DNA from: Clostridia bacterium
Lineage (GTDB): Bacteria; Bacillota; Clostridia; TANB77; CAG-508
NCBI GenBank assembly: GCA_022792395.1
Contig: JAAWAX010000046.1
Coordinates: 4,513-68,512 of the forward strand
Direction of reading: 5' to 3'
Length of the DNA: 64,000 nucleotides
The stretch's first letter is position 1, and each line of letters starts with the position of its first letter. The notes below the pieces were generated by a model. The model had not been told where the DNA came from. It ran no database searches and worked only from the letters and a program-made list of their open reading frames with translations. A program made the position numbers and the translations under genes. Shown here piece by piece: positions 19,470 through 28,874 of this stretch.

Positions 19470-20314
19470 TAATAATTAATAAACCAAAAGATTGTACATC
19501 TCATGATGTGGTACATAAAGTAAAAAAAATAACTGGTGAGAAAGTAGGTCATACTGGAACACTAGATCCAATGGCAACAGGAGTGTTGCCATTATTAATA
19601 GGAAAAGGAACATTATGTTCAAAATATTTGATGAATCATAATAAAATTTATGAAGTTCAATTAACATTAGGAAAAAAGACAGATACAGCAGATGCAGAAG
19701 GAACGACAATAGAAGAGAAGGAAATTCCTCAAGAGGTCTTTCAAAAGGAAAAAATAGAAAAAGTTTTAGCTTCTTTTTTAGGAATACAGGAACAAATGCC
19801 ACCAATGTATTCAGCGATTAAAGTAAATGGGAAAAAGCTATATGAATATGCTAGAAAAGGGCAAACAGTAGAAGTTAAGCCAAGACAAATTGAAATTTAT
19901 GAGATACAGTTATTACAAATAAAAAAGGAACAAAAACAAATTAAATTTCAAGTTCATTGTTCGAAAGGCACTTATATAAGAAGCTTGTGTGAAGATATCG
20001 CTAAAAGGTTAGGTACAATTGGTTATATGTCAGCATTAAATCGAACACAAGTGGGAAGGTTTTCTATCAAGCAAGCAATTGCTATTGAACAAATAAAAGA
20101 AGGAAATATACCTTATATTACGATTGAGGAGTTATTTCAAGGGAAACCAAGAATAGAATTAGAAGAAAAAAGGTTACAACCGTTTTTAAATGGAGTAAAA
20201 TTGACAATGAAAAAGCCAGATGGTGTTTATCGAATTTTTGTTAAGGAAAGATTTATTGGGATTGGTGAACTAGAGAAAGAATTTTTAAAGAGGGATATTG
20301 TGTTAGATTTTTAA
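19458..20314 (+). CDS. truB: tRNA pseudouridine(55) synthase TruB
   Basis: MDGIIIINKP ... HTGTLDP catalytic Asp motif. Start chosen at the ATG after the nrnA stop region; the upstream extension in the ORF track overlaps nrnA. Confidence 0.85.
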
Positions 20315-20408
20315 GCTTTACTTATGCTATGAAATAAAAATGAAATTTATGATAGGAACAAAATAATCATAAAGAAAAATCACTTTCATATACTTAAATA
20401 GAAAAGGA

Positions 20409-21269
20409 ATGAAGGTGATTTTATTGTATTATATTCAAGAAGCTGACAAGCCTAGCTTTCTCTTTAAAATATTTCATATTATAAAATTAGAAGGAAATAA
20501 GATTATACTACCCATTGATGAAAAAACAACAGAAAGTAAAAAGTTACAAAAGTTAGCACGAAAGACTAAAAGAATATTTGAAAAAACGAGAAGTAAAAAA
20601 ATAGTTTTAAGTAAAATTGTACAAAAACAAGAAGAATATGCTAATTTATTATATACTTATGGTTTGGATATTATAGAAGGGAAATGGCTATTTGAAGTGC
20701 TTTCTAATCAAGTATTAGATTATATTTTAGAGAAAAAAGAAATGAAAAAAGAAGAAACGAAAATATCAATTTTAGTAAATGATTTATCAGAAAATATGTT
20801 GGCTAATGTAAGAAAAATTGCTCAAGAATATAAATTGGTGAATATTATAACAAATCATAGAGAAAAATTTAAAAAAATAGAAGAGCAAATATTAGAAGAA
20901 GATGGCATTATGATAACAATTGGAAATAATAAACAAAAGGGTTTAGCAAAAGCAGAACTTATTTTAAATGTTGACTTTCCATCCGAATTGATAAATCTTT
21001 ATCAGATTTATGAAGAAGCAATTATCGTAAACTTAAGAGGAAATGTAAAAATAGAAAAAAAGAGATTTAATGGAATTACTATCAATGATTATGAGATAGT
21101 AGTTGAAAACGAAGAAGAGTTTGATTATGACAAAAAAACAAAATATAAGGCACATCAAATTTATGAAGCCAAAATAAATAAGCAACAACCATTTGAGCAA
21201 ATTATGAAACAAATAAAAAAAGATAAAGTAAGAATTACACAACTGATAGGAGCAAATACAAAGCTTTAG
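20409..21269 (+). CDS. hypothetical protein (occupies the position where ribF usually follows truB)
   Basis: Clean ORF with an RBS. No recognisable motif. Confidence 0.45.
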   Translation: MKVILLYYIQEADKPSFLFKIFHIIKLEGNKIILPIDEKTTESKKLQKLARKTKRIFEKTRSKKIVLSKIVQKQEEYANLLYTYGLDIIEGKWLFEVLSNQVLDYILEKKEMKKEETKISILVNDLSENMLANVRKIAQEYKLVNIITNHREKFKKIEEQILEEDGIMITIGNNKQKGLAKAELILNVDFPSELINLYQIYEEAIIVNLRGNVKIEKKRFNGITINDYEIVVENEEEFDYDKKTKYKAHQIYEAKINKQQPFEQIMKQIKKDKVRITQLIGANTKL

Positions 21270-21355
21270 AGTTTCCCCACTGGTTCCGGGTTTAAATGGG
21301 GAATTTGTCCCCATTTAAACCCGGAACCAGTGGGGAAACTCGGAATCAGTGGGGG
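21269..21355. repeat. palindromic intergenic repeat, copy D (full palindrome plus trailing CGGAATCAGTGGGGG)
   Basis: GAGTTTCCCCACTGGTTCCGGGTTTAAATGGGGA-ATTTGT-CCCCATTTAAACCCGGAACCAGTGGGGAAACT. It overlaps the stop codon of the upstream gene. Confidence 0.85.
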
Positions 21356-21459
21356 AAAAGATTTAATTCTTAAAAATTTCTAAAAAACCTTTTCTTTTTA
21401 TTTCAAATATAATATAATGTATTTGTCAAATTTTAAAGAATTGACGAGGAGGTAATAAA

Positions 21460-24240
21460 ATGCCAAATAACAATGGAAGAAATAATCCAAATGATAGAGG
21501 AAAAGCAAAATCACATAATGTAGGAAATAATAGAAAAGGAATGCCAACACAAAGAAAGAGACCAACAAATGGGACAGCAAGCAGTAATAAAAAGAGACCA
21601 ACAACGAATGGGGCTACAAATAGCAACCAAAAGAGACCAACACCTAATAAAAGTGTTAATAGAAAGAGACCAACAACTGGAAATTCTAGTAATATTAAAA
21701 AAAAGCCAACAACTAGTAATAGCATAAATACTAGAAATAATTTTAGTAATACCAATACGAAAAGACCAGAAAATAAAAAGATGAAAAAAGACCCAAAGAA
21801 TAAATTTTCAAAAAGACATCCTAAATTAATGCTAGCTATAAAAATCATGATGGTATTATTCTTATTGTTATGTGTAATTGGAGCAGGAATTATTGCAGGA
21901 ATATTCTTTGGACTATTCGGAGATGACTTTGAAATCACAAAAGAAGAATTAAAAATTGGAGCTTCTAATTCTGTTATAGTAGACAGTAATGGAGCGGTAA
22001 TTGCTAATTTAAGTGGAGATGAAAAAAGAAAAGTTATAACTTTAGAAGAGATGTCAGAGTATCTACCAAAGGCTTATGTAGCGATTGAAGATGAAAGATT
22101 TTATAAACATAGCGGTGTAGACTTAAAAAGAACAGCAGGAGCGATTGTTAATACCGTATTTGGAAAAAGTTCTTATGGAGGAAGTACCATAACACAACAA
22201 TTAGTAAAAAATATCACCAAAGATGATGAATCATCAGGAATGGAGGGTATTTTTAGAAAAGTAAAAGAATGGGCAAAAGCCTACCAAGTAGAAAGAATGA
22301 TATCCAAAGATCAAATACTAGAATTATATCTAAACATTTTATTTATAGGCTCTAATAATTTACATGGAGTAGAACTAGGAGCAGAATACTATTTCAATAA
22401 AAGTGCAAAAGATTTAGATTTAGCAGAATGTGCCTTCATGGCAGGAATTAATAGTTCACCAAATGCCTATGATCCATTTGATGAAAACAAAGACAATACA
22501 GAAAAAATTAAAAAGAAAACGAAAACGGTTTTGACTAAAATGCAAGAACTTGGCTATATTGAAAACCAAGAAGATTATGATGCAGCCATGGCAAAGGTAG
22601 AAGAGGGATTACCATTCCAAAAAGGAGAAACAGCAACAGCTTCTGGTTATTCTTATCATACTGATGCAGTTATTGAACAAGTAATTAGTCAAGTAATGGA
22701 GGAAAAAGGTATTTCTCGTGAACTTGCACAAAACTATGTATATAGTAGTGGACTTACTATTTACTCAACAGTAGATGCAGGAATTCAAGCAAGAGTGGAA
22801 GAAGAGACACTAAAGGAGAAATACATAAAAAATGGAAGAGAAAAAGATTCGAAAACAGGAGAATTAATAAATGACCATACACAAGCTGCCATAGTTATTA
22901 TTGACCACAAAACAGGAAATGTTTTAGGTGTTTCTGGTGGATTAGGAGCAAAAACAGGATCAAATCTAAATAGAGGAACACAAAGCTTAAGACAACCAGG
23001 TTCTTCGATTAAACCAATTGCCGATATAGCACCAGCATTACAAGAAAAGGTAATAACAGCTGCTACAGTATATGATGATGTATTAACTGATTTTAATGGA
23101 TATCAACCAAAAAATGATGGGCATGTTTATAGAGGATTAATTAATATTAGAGATATTATTGCTTATTCACAAAACATACCAGAAATTAAAATTATGAAAG
23201 AATTAACACCAGGAAAATCCATTGACTATATGAGGAATTTTGGTGTATCCACTTTATATAAAACGGGAGATGATCCTGAAAATAAAAAGAATGATGAGGG
23301 GCAAGCACTTGCTATCGGAGGGATTTCAGATGGAATTAGCCCATTAGAAATGGCGGCAGCATATGCAGCAATTGCCAACAATGGAGAATACATTGAGCCA
23401 ACATTCTATACAAAAGTGGAAGATTCAAATGGCAATGTAGTACTAACACCAAATCAAGAAAAGAGAAGAGTGATATCTGAACAAAATGCCTATATTGTAA
23501 AATCTATTTTGCAAGAACCAGTAAGAAAAGGAACCGCAACCTATTGTGCTATATCTGGAATGGATGTAGCAGCTAAAACAGGAACAACAGATGGAAGTAA
23601 AGATAGATGGTTATGTGGATTTACACCATATTATGCAGCAGCATGTTGGTTTGGATACGACCAACAAGAGGAAGTAATTTGGAGTGGAACGAATCCAGCA
23701 GGAATGATTTGGGATGAGGTAATGACATCGATTCACAAAGGATTACAAAATGCAAGTTTTACAAGACCAAGTGGAATAGTAGAACAAACCGTATGTAAAA
23801 AAACAGGATGTATAGCAACAACAGGATGTACAGAAACTTACATGGAGATATTTACAGCTGACAATTTACCAGGAAAATGTGAAGGACATGGCTCACAAAT
23901 TTTATGTTCAGAATCTGGAAAAGAAGCAACCGAATATTGTTCACAATATGTAGAAACTACTGTCAATAATTTTGGTGCAGTTGTACCAAAAGAAAGATTA
24001 CAATTGTGGAAAGCAGTGGGTAGAGTTACTTCATCAACCACATTAGGTAAAATAGAAGAGACTTGTCCAATCCATACTAAACCAAAAGAAGAAGAAAAAC
24101 CAAAACCACCAGCAACAACGAATACAACCAATACAACAAACACAACTAATACAACGAACACAACCAATACAAGTAACACCACAAATGCCACAAATGAAAC
24201 AAATACAAGTGGTGACAATAATACTACTACAACACAATAG
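21460..24240 (+). CDS. class A penicillin-binding protein (PBP1A-type transglycosylase/transpeptidase) with low-complexity N- and C-terminal tails
   Basis: GT51 motif EDERFYKHSGVD, TM helix, transpeptidase domain. The N-terminal cytoplasmic tail has 5 KRPT-type repeats. The C-terminus has (TTN)n repeats. Confidence 0.85.
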   Translation: MPNNNGRNNPNDRGKAKSHNVGNNRKGMPTQRKRPTNGTASSNKKRPTTNGATNSNQKRPTPNKSVNRKRPTTGNSSNIKKKPTTSNSINTRNNFSNTNTKRPENKKMKKDPKNKFSKRHPKLMLAIKIMMVLFLLLCVIGAGIIAGIFFGLFGDDFEITKEELKIGASNSVIVDSNGAVIANLSGDEKRKVITLEEMSEYLPKAYVAIEDERFYKHSGVDLKRTAGAIVNTVFGKSSYGGSTITQQLVKNITKDDESSGMEGIFRKVKEWAKAYQVERMISKDQILELYLNILFIGSNNLHGVELGAEYYFNKSAKDLDLAECAFMAGINSSPNAYDPFDENKDNTEKIKKKTKTVLTKMQELGYIENQEDYDAAMAKVEEGLPFQKGETATASGYSYHTDAVIEQVISQVMEEKGISRELAQNYVYSSGLTIYSTVDAGIQARVEEETLKEKYIKNGREKDSKTGELINDHTQAAIVIIDHKTGNVLGVSGGLGAKTGSNLNRGTQSLRQPGSSIKPIADIAPALQEKVITAATVYDDVLTDFNGYQPKNDGHVYRGLINIRDIIAYSQNIPEIKIMKELTPGKSIDYMRNFGVSTLYKTGDDPENKKNDEGQALAIGGISDGISPLEMAAAYAAIANNGEYIEPTFYTKVEDSNGNVVLTPNQEKRRVISEQNAYIVKSILQEPVRKGTATYCAISGMDVAAKTGTTDGSKDRWLCGFTPYYAAACWFGYDQQEEVIWSGTNPAGMIWDEVMTSIHKGLQNASFTRPSGIVEQTVCKKTGCIATTGCTETYMEIFTADNLPGKCEGHGSQILCSESGKEATEYCSQYVETTVNNFGAVVPKERLQLWKAVGRVTSSTTLGKIEETCPIHTKPKEEEKPKPPATTNTTNTTNTTNTTNTTNTSNTTNATNETNTSGDNNTTTTQ

Positions 24241-24246
24241 AAAAAA

Positions 24247-24276
24247 GAGATGTGAAGGATTTCACATCTCCTATTT
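24247..24276 (+). terminator. rho-independent terminator after the PBP gene (GAGATGTGAA-GGAT-TTCACATCTC, then T-rich)
   Basis: Perfect 10-bp stem seen in the sequence. Confidence 0.7.
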
Positions 24277-24311
24277 AAATAAGACAAGAAAAAGGGAAAG
24301 AAGGAAAGAAT

Positions 24312-25700
24312 ATGGACATTTATTTTTATAATACATTAACCAAGAAAAAAGAGATATTCAAACCAATTCATCAAAAAGAGGTAAGAATTTATTCTTGTGG
24401 ACCAACTGTGTATAAAGATGCTACGATAGGGAATATGAGAACCAATCTATTTCAAGATGTATTAAGAAGGGTCTTACGATATAATGGTTATGCTTTAAAA
24501 CATGCTATGAATATAACGGATGTTGGGCATTTAGTTTCAGATGGTGATGAAGGAGAAGACAAGATGTTAAAATCAGCAAGGGAAGAAAAGAAAACACCAA
24601 TGGAAATTGCGAAACATTATACCAAACTGTTTTTTCAAGATTTAGAAGCTTTAAATATCGAAACACCAGAAATTGTTTGTAAAGCAACAGATCATATCCA
24701 AGAAATGTTAGAATATGTAAAAAAATTACTAGAAAATGGTTATGCTTATGAAACCTCAACTGCTATTTATTTTGATATAGCTAAATTAAATCAATATCCA
24801 ATTCTTTCAAATGTTAATATAGAAGAACAAAAAGCAGGTGCTAGGGTCGATGTAGATTCAGAAAAAAGAAGTCCTTATGATTTTGCTTTGTGGATAAAAG
24901 CACCCAAAAATCATTTGATGAAATGGGATAGCCCTTGGGGAGAAAGTTATCCAGGATGGCATATTGAATGCTCTAGCATGGGACAAAAATATTTAGGGGA
25001 ACAATTTGATATTCATACAGGAGGAATTGATTTAATACCAACTCATCATGAAAACGAGATTGCACAAAGTAAAGGAAATTGTGGAAAAATACCAGCAAAT
25101 TATTGGATGCACGGGGAATATTTATTAATCGATGGTGGGAAAATGTCAAAAAGTTTGGGCAATGTTTATTTAATCAAAGATTTAGTAGAAAAAGGATATG
25201 ACCCATTAGTATATCGATTATTCAGTTATTCTTGCCATTATAAAAACAAATTAAACTTTACTTGGGATGGAATGGAAGCAACTGCTAAATCATTAGAAAG
25301 GCTAAAAAATGGATATCAGTTGCATTTAGAAGGAAAAGAAGAAGTAGAAAATGATTTGGTAGAAGAATTAGAAGAGAAATTTCATCAAGCGATTAATGAT
25401 GACCTAAATATGCCACTTGCTATGGGAGTGGTTTGGGAAGTGGTAAAACAAGAGAAGAAATCTTCCAAATGGGCAGAGTTGTTAGCGAAATTTGATACCG
25501 TTTTAGGTTTGAAAATACAAGAACCGATACAGAAAAAACAAGAAGAAATACCACAAGAAATATTAGAATTAGTAGAGCGAAGAAAAGAAGCAAGGCTGAA
25601 TAAAGATTGGGCTAAATCAGATGAATTGAGGGATTTGATTCAAAGCAAAGGTTATGAAATAAAAGATACCAAAGAAGGAGTAGAAGTTCGCAAGATATAA
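24312..25700 (+). CDS. cysS: cysteine--tRNA ligase
   Basis: Class I HIGH-like region (CGPTVYKDATIGNMRT) and KMSKS. Confidence 0.9.
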   Translation: MDIYFYNTLTKKKEIFKPIHQKEVRIYSCGPTVYKDATIGNMRTNLFQDVLRRVLRYNGYALKHAMNITDVGHLVSDGDEGEDKMLKSAREEKKTPMEIAKHYTKLFFQDLEALNIETPEIVCKATDHIQEMLEYVKKLLENGYAYETSTAIYFDIAKLNQYPILSNVNIEEQKAGARVDVDSEKRSPYDFALWIKAPKNHLMKWDSPWGESYPGWHIECSSMGQKYLGEQFDIHTGGIDLIPTHHENEIAQSKGNCGKIPANYWMHGEYLLIDGGKMSKSLGNVYLIKDLVEKGYDPLVYRLFSYSCHYKNKLNFTWDGMEATAKSLERLKNGYQLHLEGKEEVENDLVEELEEKFHQAINDDLNMPLAMGVVWEVVKQEKKSSKWAELLAKFDTVLGLKIQEPIQKKQEEIPQEILELVERRKEARLNKDWAKSDELRDLIQSKGYEIKDTKEGVEVRKI

Positions 25701-25716
25701 TTTAAATTTTGTGTTT

Positions 25717-26130
25717 GGTAAAGTTAGTTCTTCTACCTCTTGGAGCATGAAATACCTTTCCTTTTATGATTACCGCTTGATTGAAACGAGAAATAGAGAT
25801 TGTTAGATAAGAAAATGAGGAATGTTCAAGGCAAGACAGCATTTTATCTTTTTTCATAAATTTAGCGACTCCCTACATAAATCAAGAAATTCTAAAATCA
25901 TTTTATGGCACCCTTCCGTGTCAAGCACGAACTCTTTCCATAAAATGATTTAAGAATTTCTAAATTTACTTCAGTCATACACTTCATTTATTCAAAAAGA
26001 TAAAATACTGTCTTGAACGTGAAAGAGGCTCATTTTCTTACCATACAATTTCTTTTTCAAGTGGAATGAACAAGGTAATCATAAAAGGGAAGGTATTTCA
26101 TGCTCCAAGAGGTGGAAGAACTAACTTTGT
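25717..26130. repeat. 414-bp imperfect palindrome with near-perfect 57-bp terminal inverted repeats (MITE-like or invertible-segment-like element)
   Basis: 25717-25774 (GGTAAAGTTAGTTCTTCTACCTCTTGGAGCATGAAATACC ...) is the reverse complement of 26074-26130 with 2-3 mismatches. The interior is about 70% self-complementary and centred near 25923. Confidence 0.8.
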
Positions 26131-26154
26131 AAAAAAGCAAACTGCAAAGAACAG

Positions 26155-26183
26155 TTGACTTTTAAATTTAAGAGGATTATAAT
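26155..26183 (+). promoter_or_regulatory. galE promoter (TTGACT-17-TATAAT)
   Basis: Consensus hexamers immediately downstream of the palindromic element. Confidence 0.6.
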
Positions 26184-26212
26184 AAAAAAAACGAAAGAAA
26201 GGTGGAATCAAA

Positions 26213-27224
26213 ATGGCAATCTTATTACCAGGAGGAGCAGGATATATAGGAAGTCACACAGCAATAGAATTATTAGAAGAAGGAAAAGAAATTGTAGTCA
26301 TAGATAATTTTTCAAACAGTAGTCCAAAAGTCCTAGAAGCAATTAAGAAAATAACAGGAAAAGATTTTAAATTTTATGAAATGGATTATATGGATAAAGA
26401 AAAGCTAGAAAAAGTATTTGAAGAAAATGAAATAGAAGCAGTTATCAATTTTGCTGGATTTAAAGCAGTAGGAGAATCGGTTCAAAAACCAATTGAATAC
26501 TATACCAATAATATTTCAGGAGCATTGGTATTATTAGATACTATGCGAAAATATAACTGTAAAAAATTTATCTTTAGTTCATCAGCAACTGTATATGGTG
26601 AACCAGAAAGAATCCCTTTAACAGAGGATTGTAGAACAGGAGGAACAACCAATCCTTATGGAACCACTAAATTGTTTATTGAACAAATTTTAAAAGATAT
26701 CTATGCATCAGACAATACATGGGATATATGCATTTTACGATATTTCAATCCAGTAGGAGCACATGAAAGTGGACTAATTGGAGAAGAACCACAAGGAATT
26801 CCTAATAATTTGATGCCATATGTGGTAAGAGTAGCAAGTGGACAATTAAAAGAATTGTCAGTATTTGGGAATGATTATGATACGCCAGATGGAACAGGTG
26901 TGAGAGATTATATTCATGTAGTAGATTTAGCAAAAGGACATTTAAAAGCATTAAATAAAATAGACAAAGAAGAAAAAGGTCTATATATTTACAATTTAGG
27001 TACAGGAACTGGATATAGTGTGTTAGATATGGTAAAAGCCTTTGAAAAGGCAACTAATAGGAAAGTAGCTTATAAAATTGCACCAAGAAGAGCAGGAGAT
27101 ATTGCAACTTGTTATGCGAATCCTCGGAAAAGCTAAAGAAGAATTAGACTGGGTAGCTACTAAAACATTAGATGATATGTGCCAAGATTCTTGGAATTAT
27201 ATTGTTACACAATCAAAGAAGTAA
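26213..27224 (+). CDS. galE: UDP-glucose 4-epimerase, reading frame interrupted by a 1-nt insertion near 27125
   Basis: N-terminal [10 protein letters not shown], YxxxK region. The ORF stops at 27136, but the conserved GalE C-terminus ([25 protein letters not shown]) continues in the +1 frame to 27224. Confidence 0.8.
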
Positions 27225-27298
27225 GATATTAGTCGAATCGATAAAAATACGGATTAAGGAGAGAATTTCCTAAATCCGTATTTTTGTTTAAATTGTAA

Positions 27299-28651
27299 TC
27301 AAGTTATTTTTTTTCTATAAAATTTAAAGTATTCAAATATGAATAAAGCAGTTGTAATAACAAAAGATAAAAAGTCAGAAAGAGGACAAGCATACAAAAT
27401 ACCATCCATTTGCCAGAAATGAGAGAAAAGTAAAATAAGTGGGCCTAAAATCAAAATTTGTCTTGACAAATTTAAAATGATAGCAATCTTATATTTTCCA
27501 ACAGCTTGAAAATAATTAGCACCAACAATTTGCATGCCAACTATTGGAACTGCCAAAAAGTAAATTCTAATTGCATAGGTGGTAAAATCAATTAAATCGC
27601 TTTCTTGATTGAAAATACTAATCAAAGGATAAGTAAAAACATTAGCAATAATAAAACAAGCAATCATAATTAGCGTAGCAATTAACATGCTAATTTTAAC
27701 AGTATCCATAATTCTATCGTTATTTTCAGCACCATAATTATAGGAAATAATAGGTTGAGAACCTTGCACTAATCCTAATACAGGTAAAACCAATAAAGTA
27801 GAGATACTGTTGATAATTCCCATACCAGAAATAGCGATATCACCACCATATTTTACCAAAGACTTATTTAGTATAATTGTAACAAAACTTCCAGCTACTT
27901 CAATGATAAAAGCAGATAGTCCATAAGTAAAAATTAATTTAAAAGATTTCCAATCTGGTTTCATATATTTATGTTCTAGTTTATAAGTACAATGTTTACT
28001 TGTAAAATGTAAAATCACCCATAAGCTAGAGAAAAATTGACCAATAATTGTTGCGATAGCTGCCCCAGCCATTCCCCATTTAAAGACATAAATAAAAATA
28101 GGGTCTAAAATAATATTAATAATAGCACCTAAAAGCATCGTAATCATAGAGGTTTTTGGATGACCATCAGCTCTAATAAAATTATTTAAGCCCAAAGCAA
28201 GACATTGGAAAATACTACCTAACAAAATTATTAGAATGTATTGTTTTGAATAATCAAATAAGATGCCTTCTGCTCCAAAAACTTTTAAAACTGGGTCAAT
28301 AAAAATAATACCAATTATAGTAATTGCAAAAGCACTAATTATAATGAGAGAAGTTGAGATTCCTAGCATTTTTTTTGCAGTTTCATCTTGTTGTTTTCCT
28401 AAATGAATAGAAAATAAAATTGAACCTCCATTTCCAAATAATAAAGCAATTCCCATAATAACAATGTAAATAGGAAAGGTAATGGTTAAAGCTCCAATTC
28501 CCATAGAACCTAAATCAGGACTCTGACCAATAAAGATTCGGTCAACAATATTATAGATAGCATTAATTAACATACCTACAATAGAGGGAATTGAATATTT
28601 TAAAAGTAATTTTAATAACTTTTCGGTTCCTAATTTTTTCGTTTCATCCAT
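27299..28651 (-). CDS. MATE family efflux transporter
   Basis: 12 TM helices, N-terminal LLKLLLKYSIPSIVGMLINAIYNIVDRIFIG typical of MATE/NorM. Confidence 0.75.
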   Translation of the reverse strand: MDETKKLGTEKLLKLLLKYSIPSIVGMLINAIYNIVDRIFIGQSPDLGSMGIGALTITFPIYIVIMGIALLFGNGGSILFSIHLGKQQDETAKKMLGISTSLIIISAFAITIIGIIFIDPVLKVFGAEGILFDYSKQYILIILLGSIFQCLALGLNNFIRADGHPKTSMITMLLGAIINIILDPIFIYVFKWGMAGAAIATIIGQFFSSLWVILHFTSKHCTYKLEHKYMKPDWKSFKLIFTYGLSAFIIEVAGSFVTIILNKSLVKYGGDIAISGMGIINSISTLLVLPVLGLVQGSQPIISYNYGAENNDRIMDTVKISMLIATLIMIACFIIANVFTYPLISIFNQESDLIDFTTYAIRIYFLAVPIVGMQIVGANYFQAVGKYKIAIILNLSRQILILGPLILLFSHFWQMDGILYACPLSDFLSFVITTALFIFEYFKFYRKKIT

Positions 28652-28807
28652 GTTGTTTTCTCCTTTTTTATCATATAAATTCTATTATAGAATAAGCAAA
28701 AATAAAAAGCAAGTAGGAACAATAGAACTTATGAAAACTTATTATTGTAATAGAAATGTATTATTATTACAAAAAAATTACAATTAAGTTACATGCTGTG
28801 AATTTCG

Positions 28808-28836
28808 TTGACTTTTGTAGATAGCAATAATATAAT
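28808..28836 (+). promoter_or_regulatory. argS promoter (TTGACT-17-TATAAT)
   Basis: Consensus hexamers. No T-box leader is evident. Confidence 0.5.
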
Positions 28837-28874
28837 GAAACTAGCAGAATGAAAAAGTCAAAAAGGAGAGGAAA

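Noticed and set aside
21426-24287. Antisense ORFs inside the PBP1A gene (21426..21938, 23838..24287, 24043..24237)
   Set aside because: They are mirror images of the N/T/K-rich repeat regions of the PBP. There is no independent support.
28652-28874. T-box leaders upstream of argS or cysS
   Set aside because: Both upstream regions are short, under 230 nt. They lack the specifier-loop/AGGGTGG T-box features, and only a plain promoter is visible.
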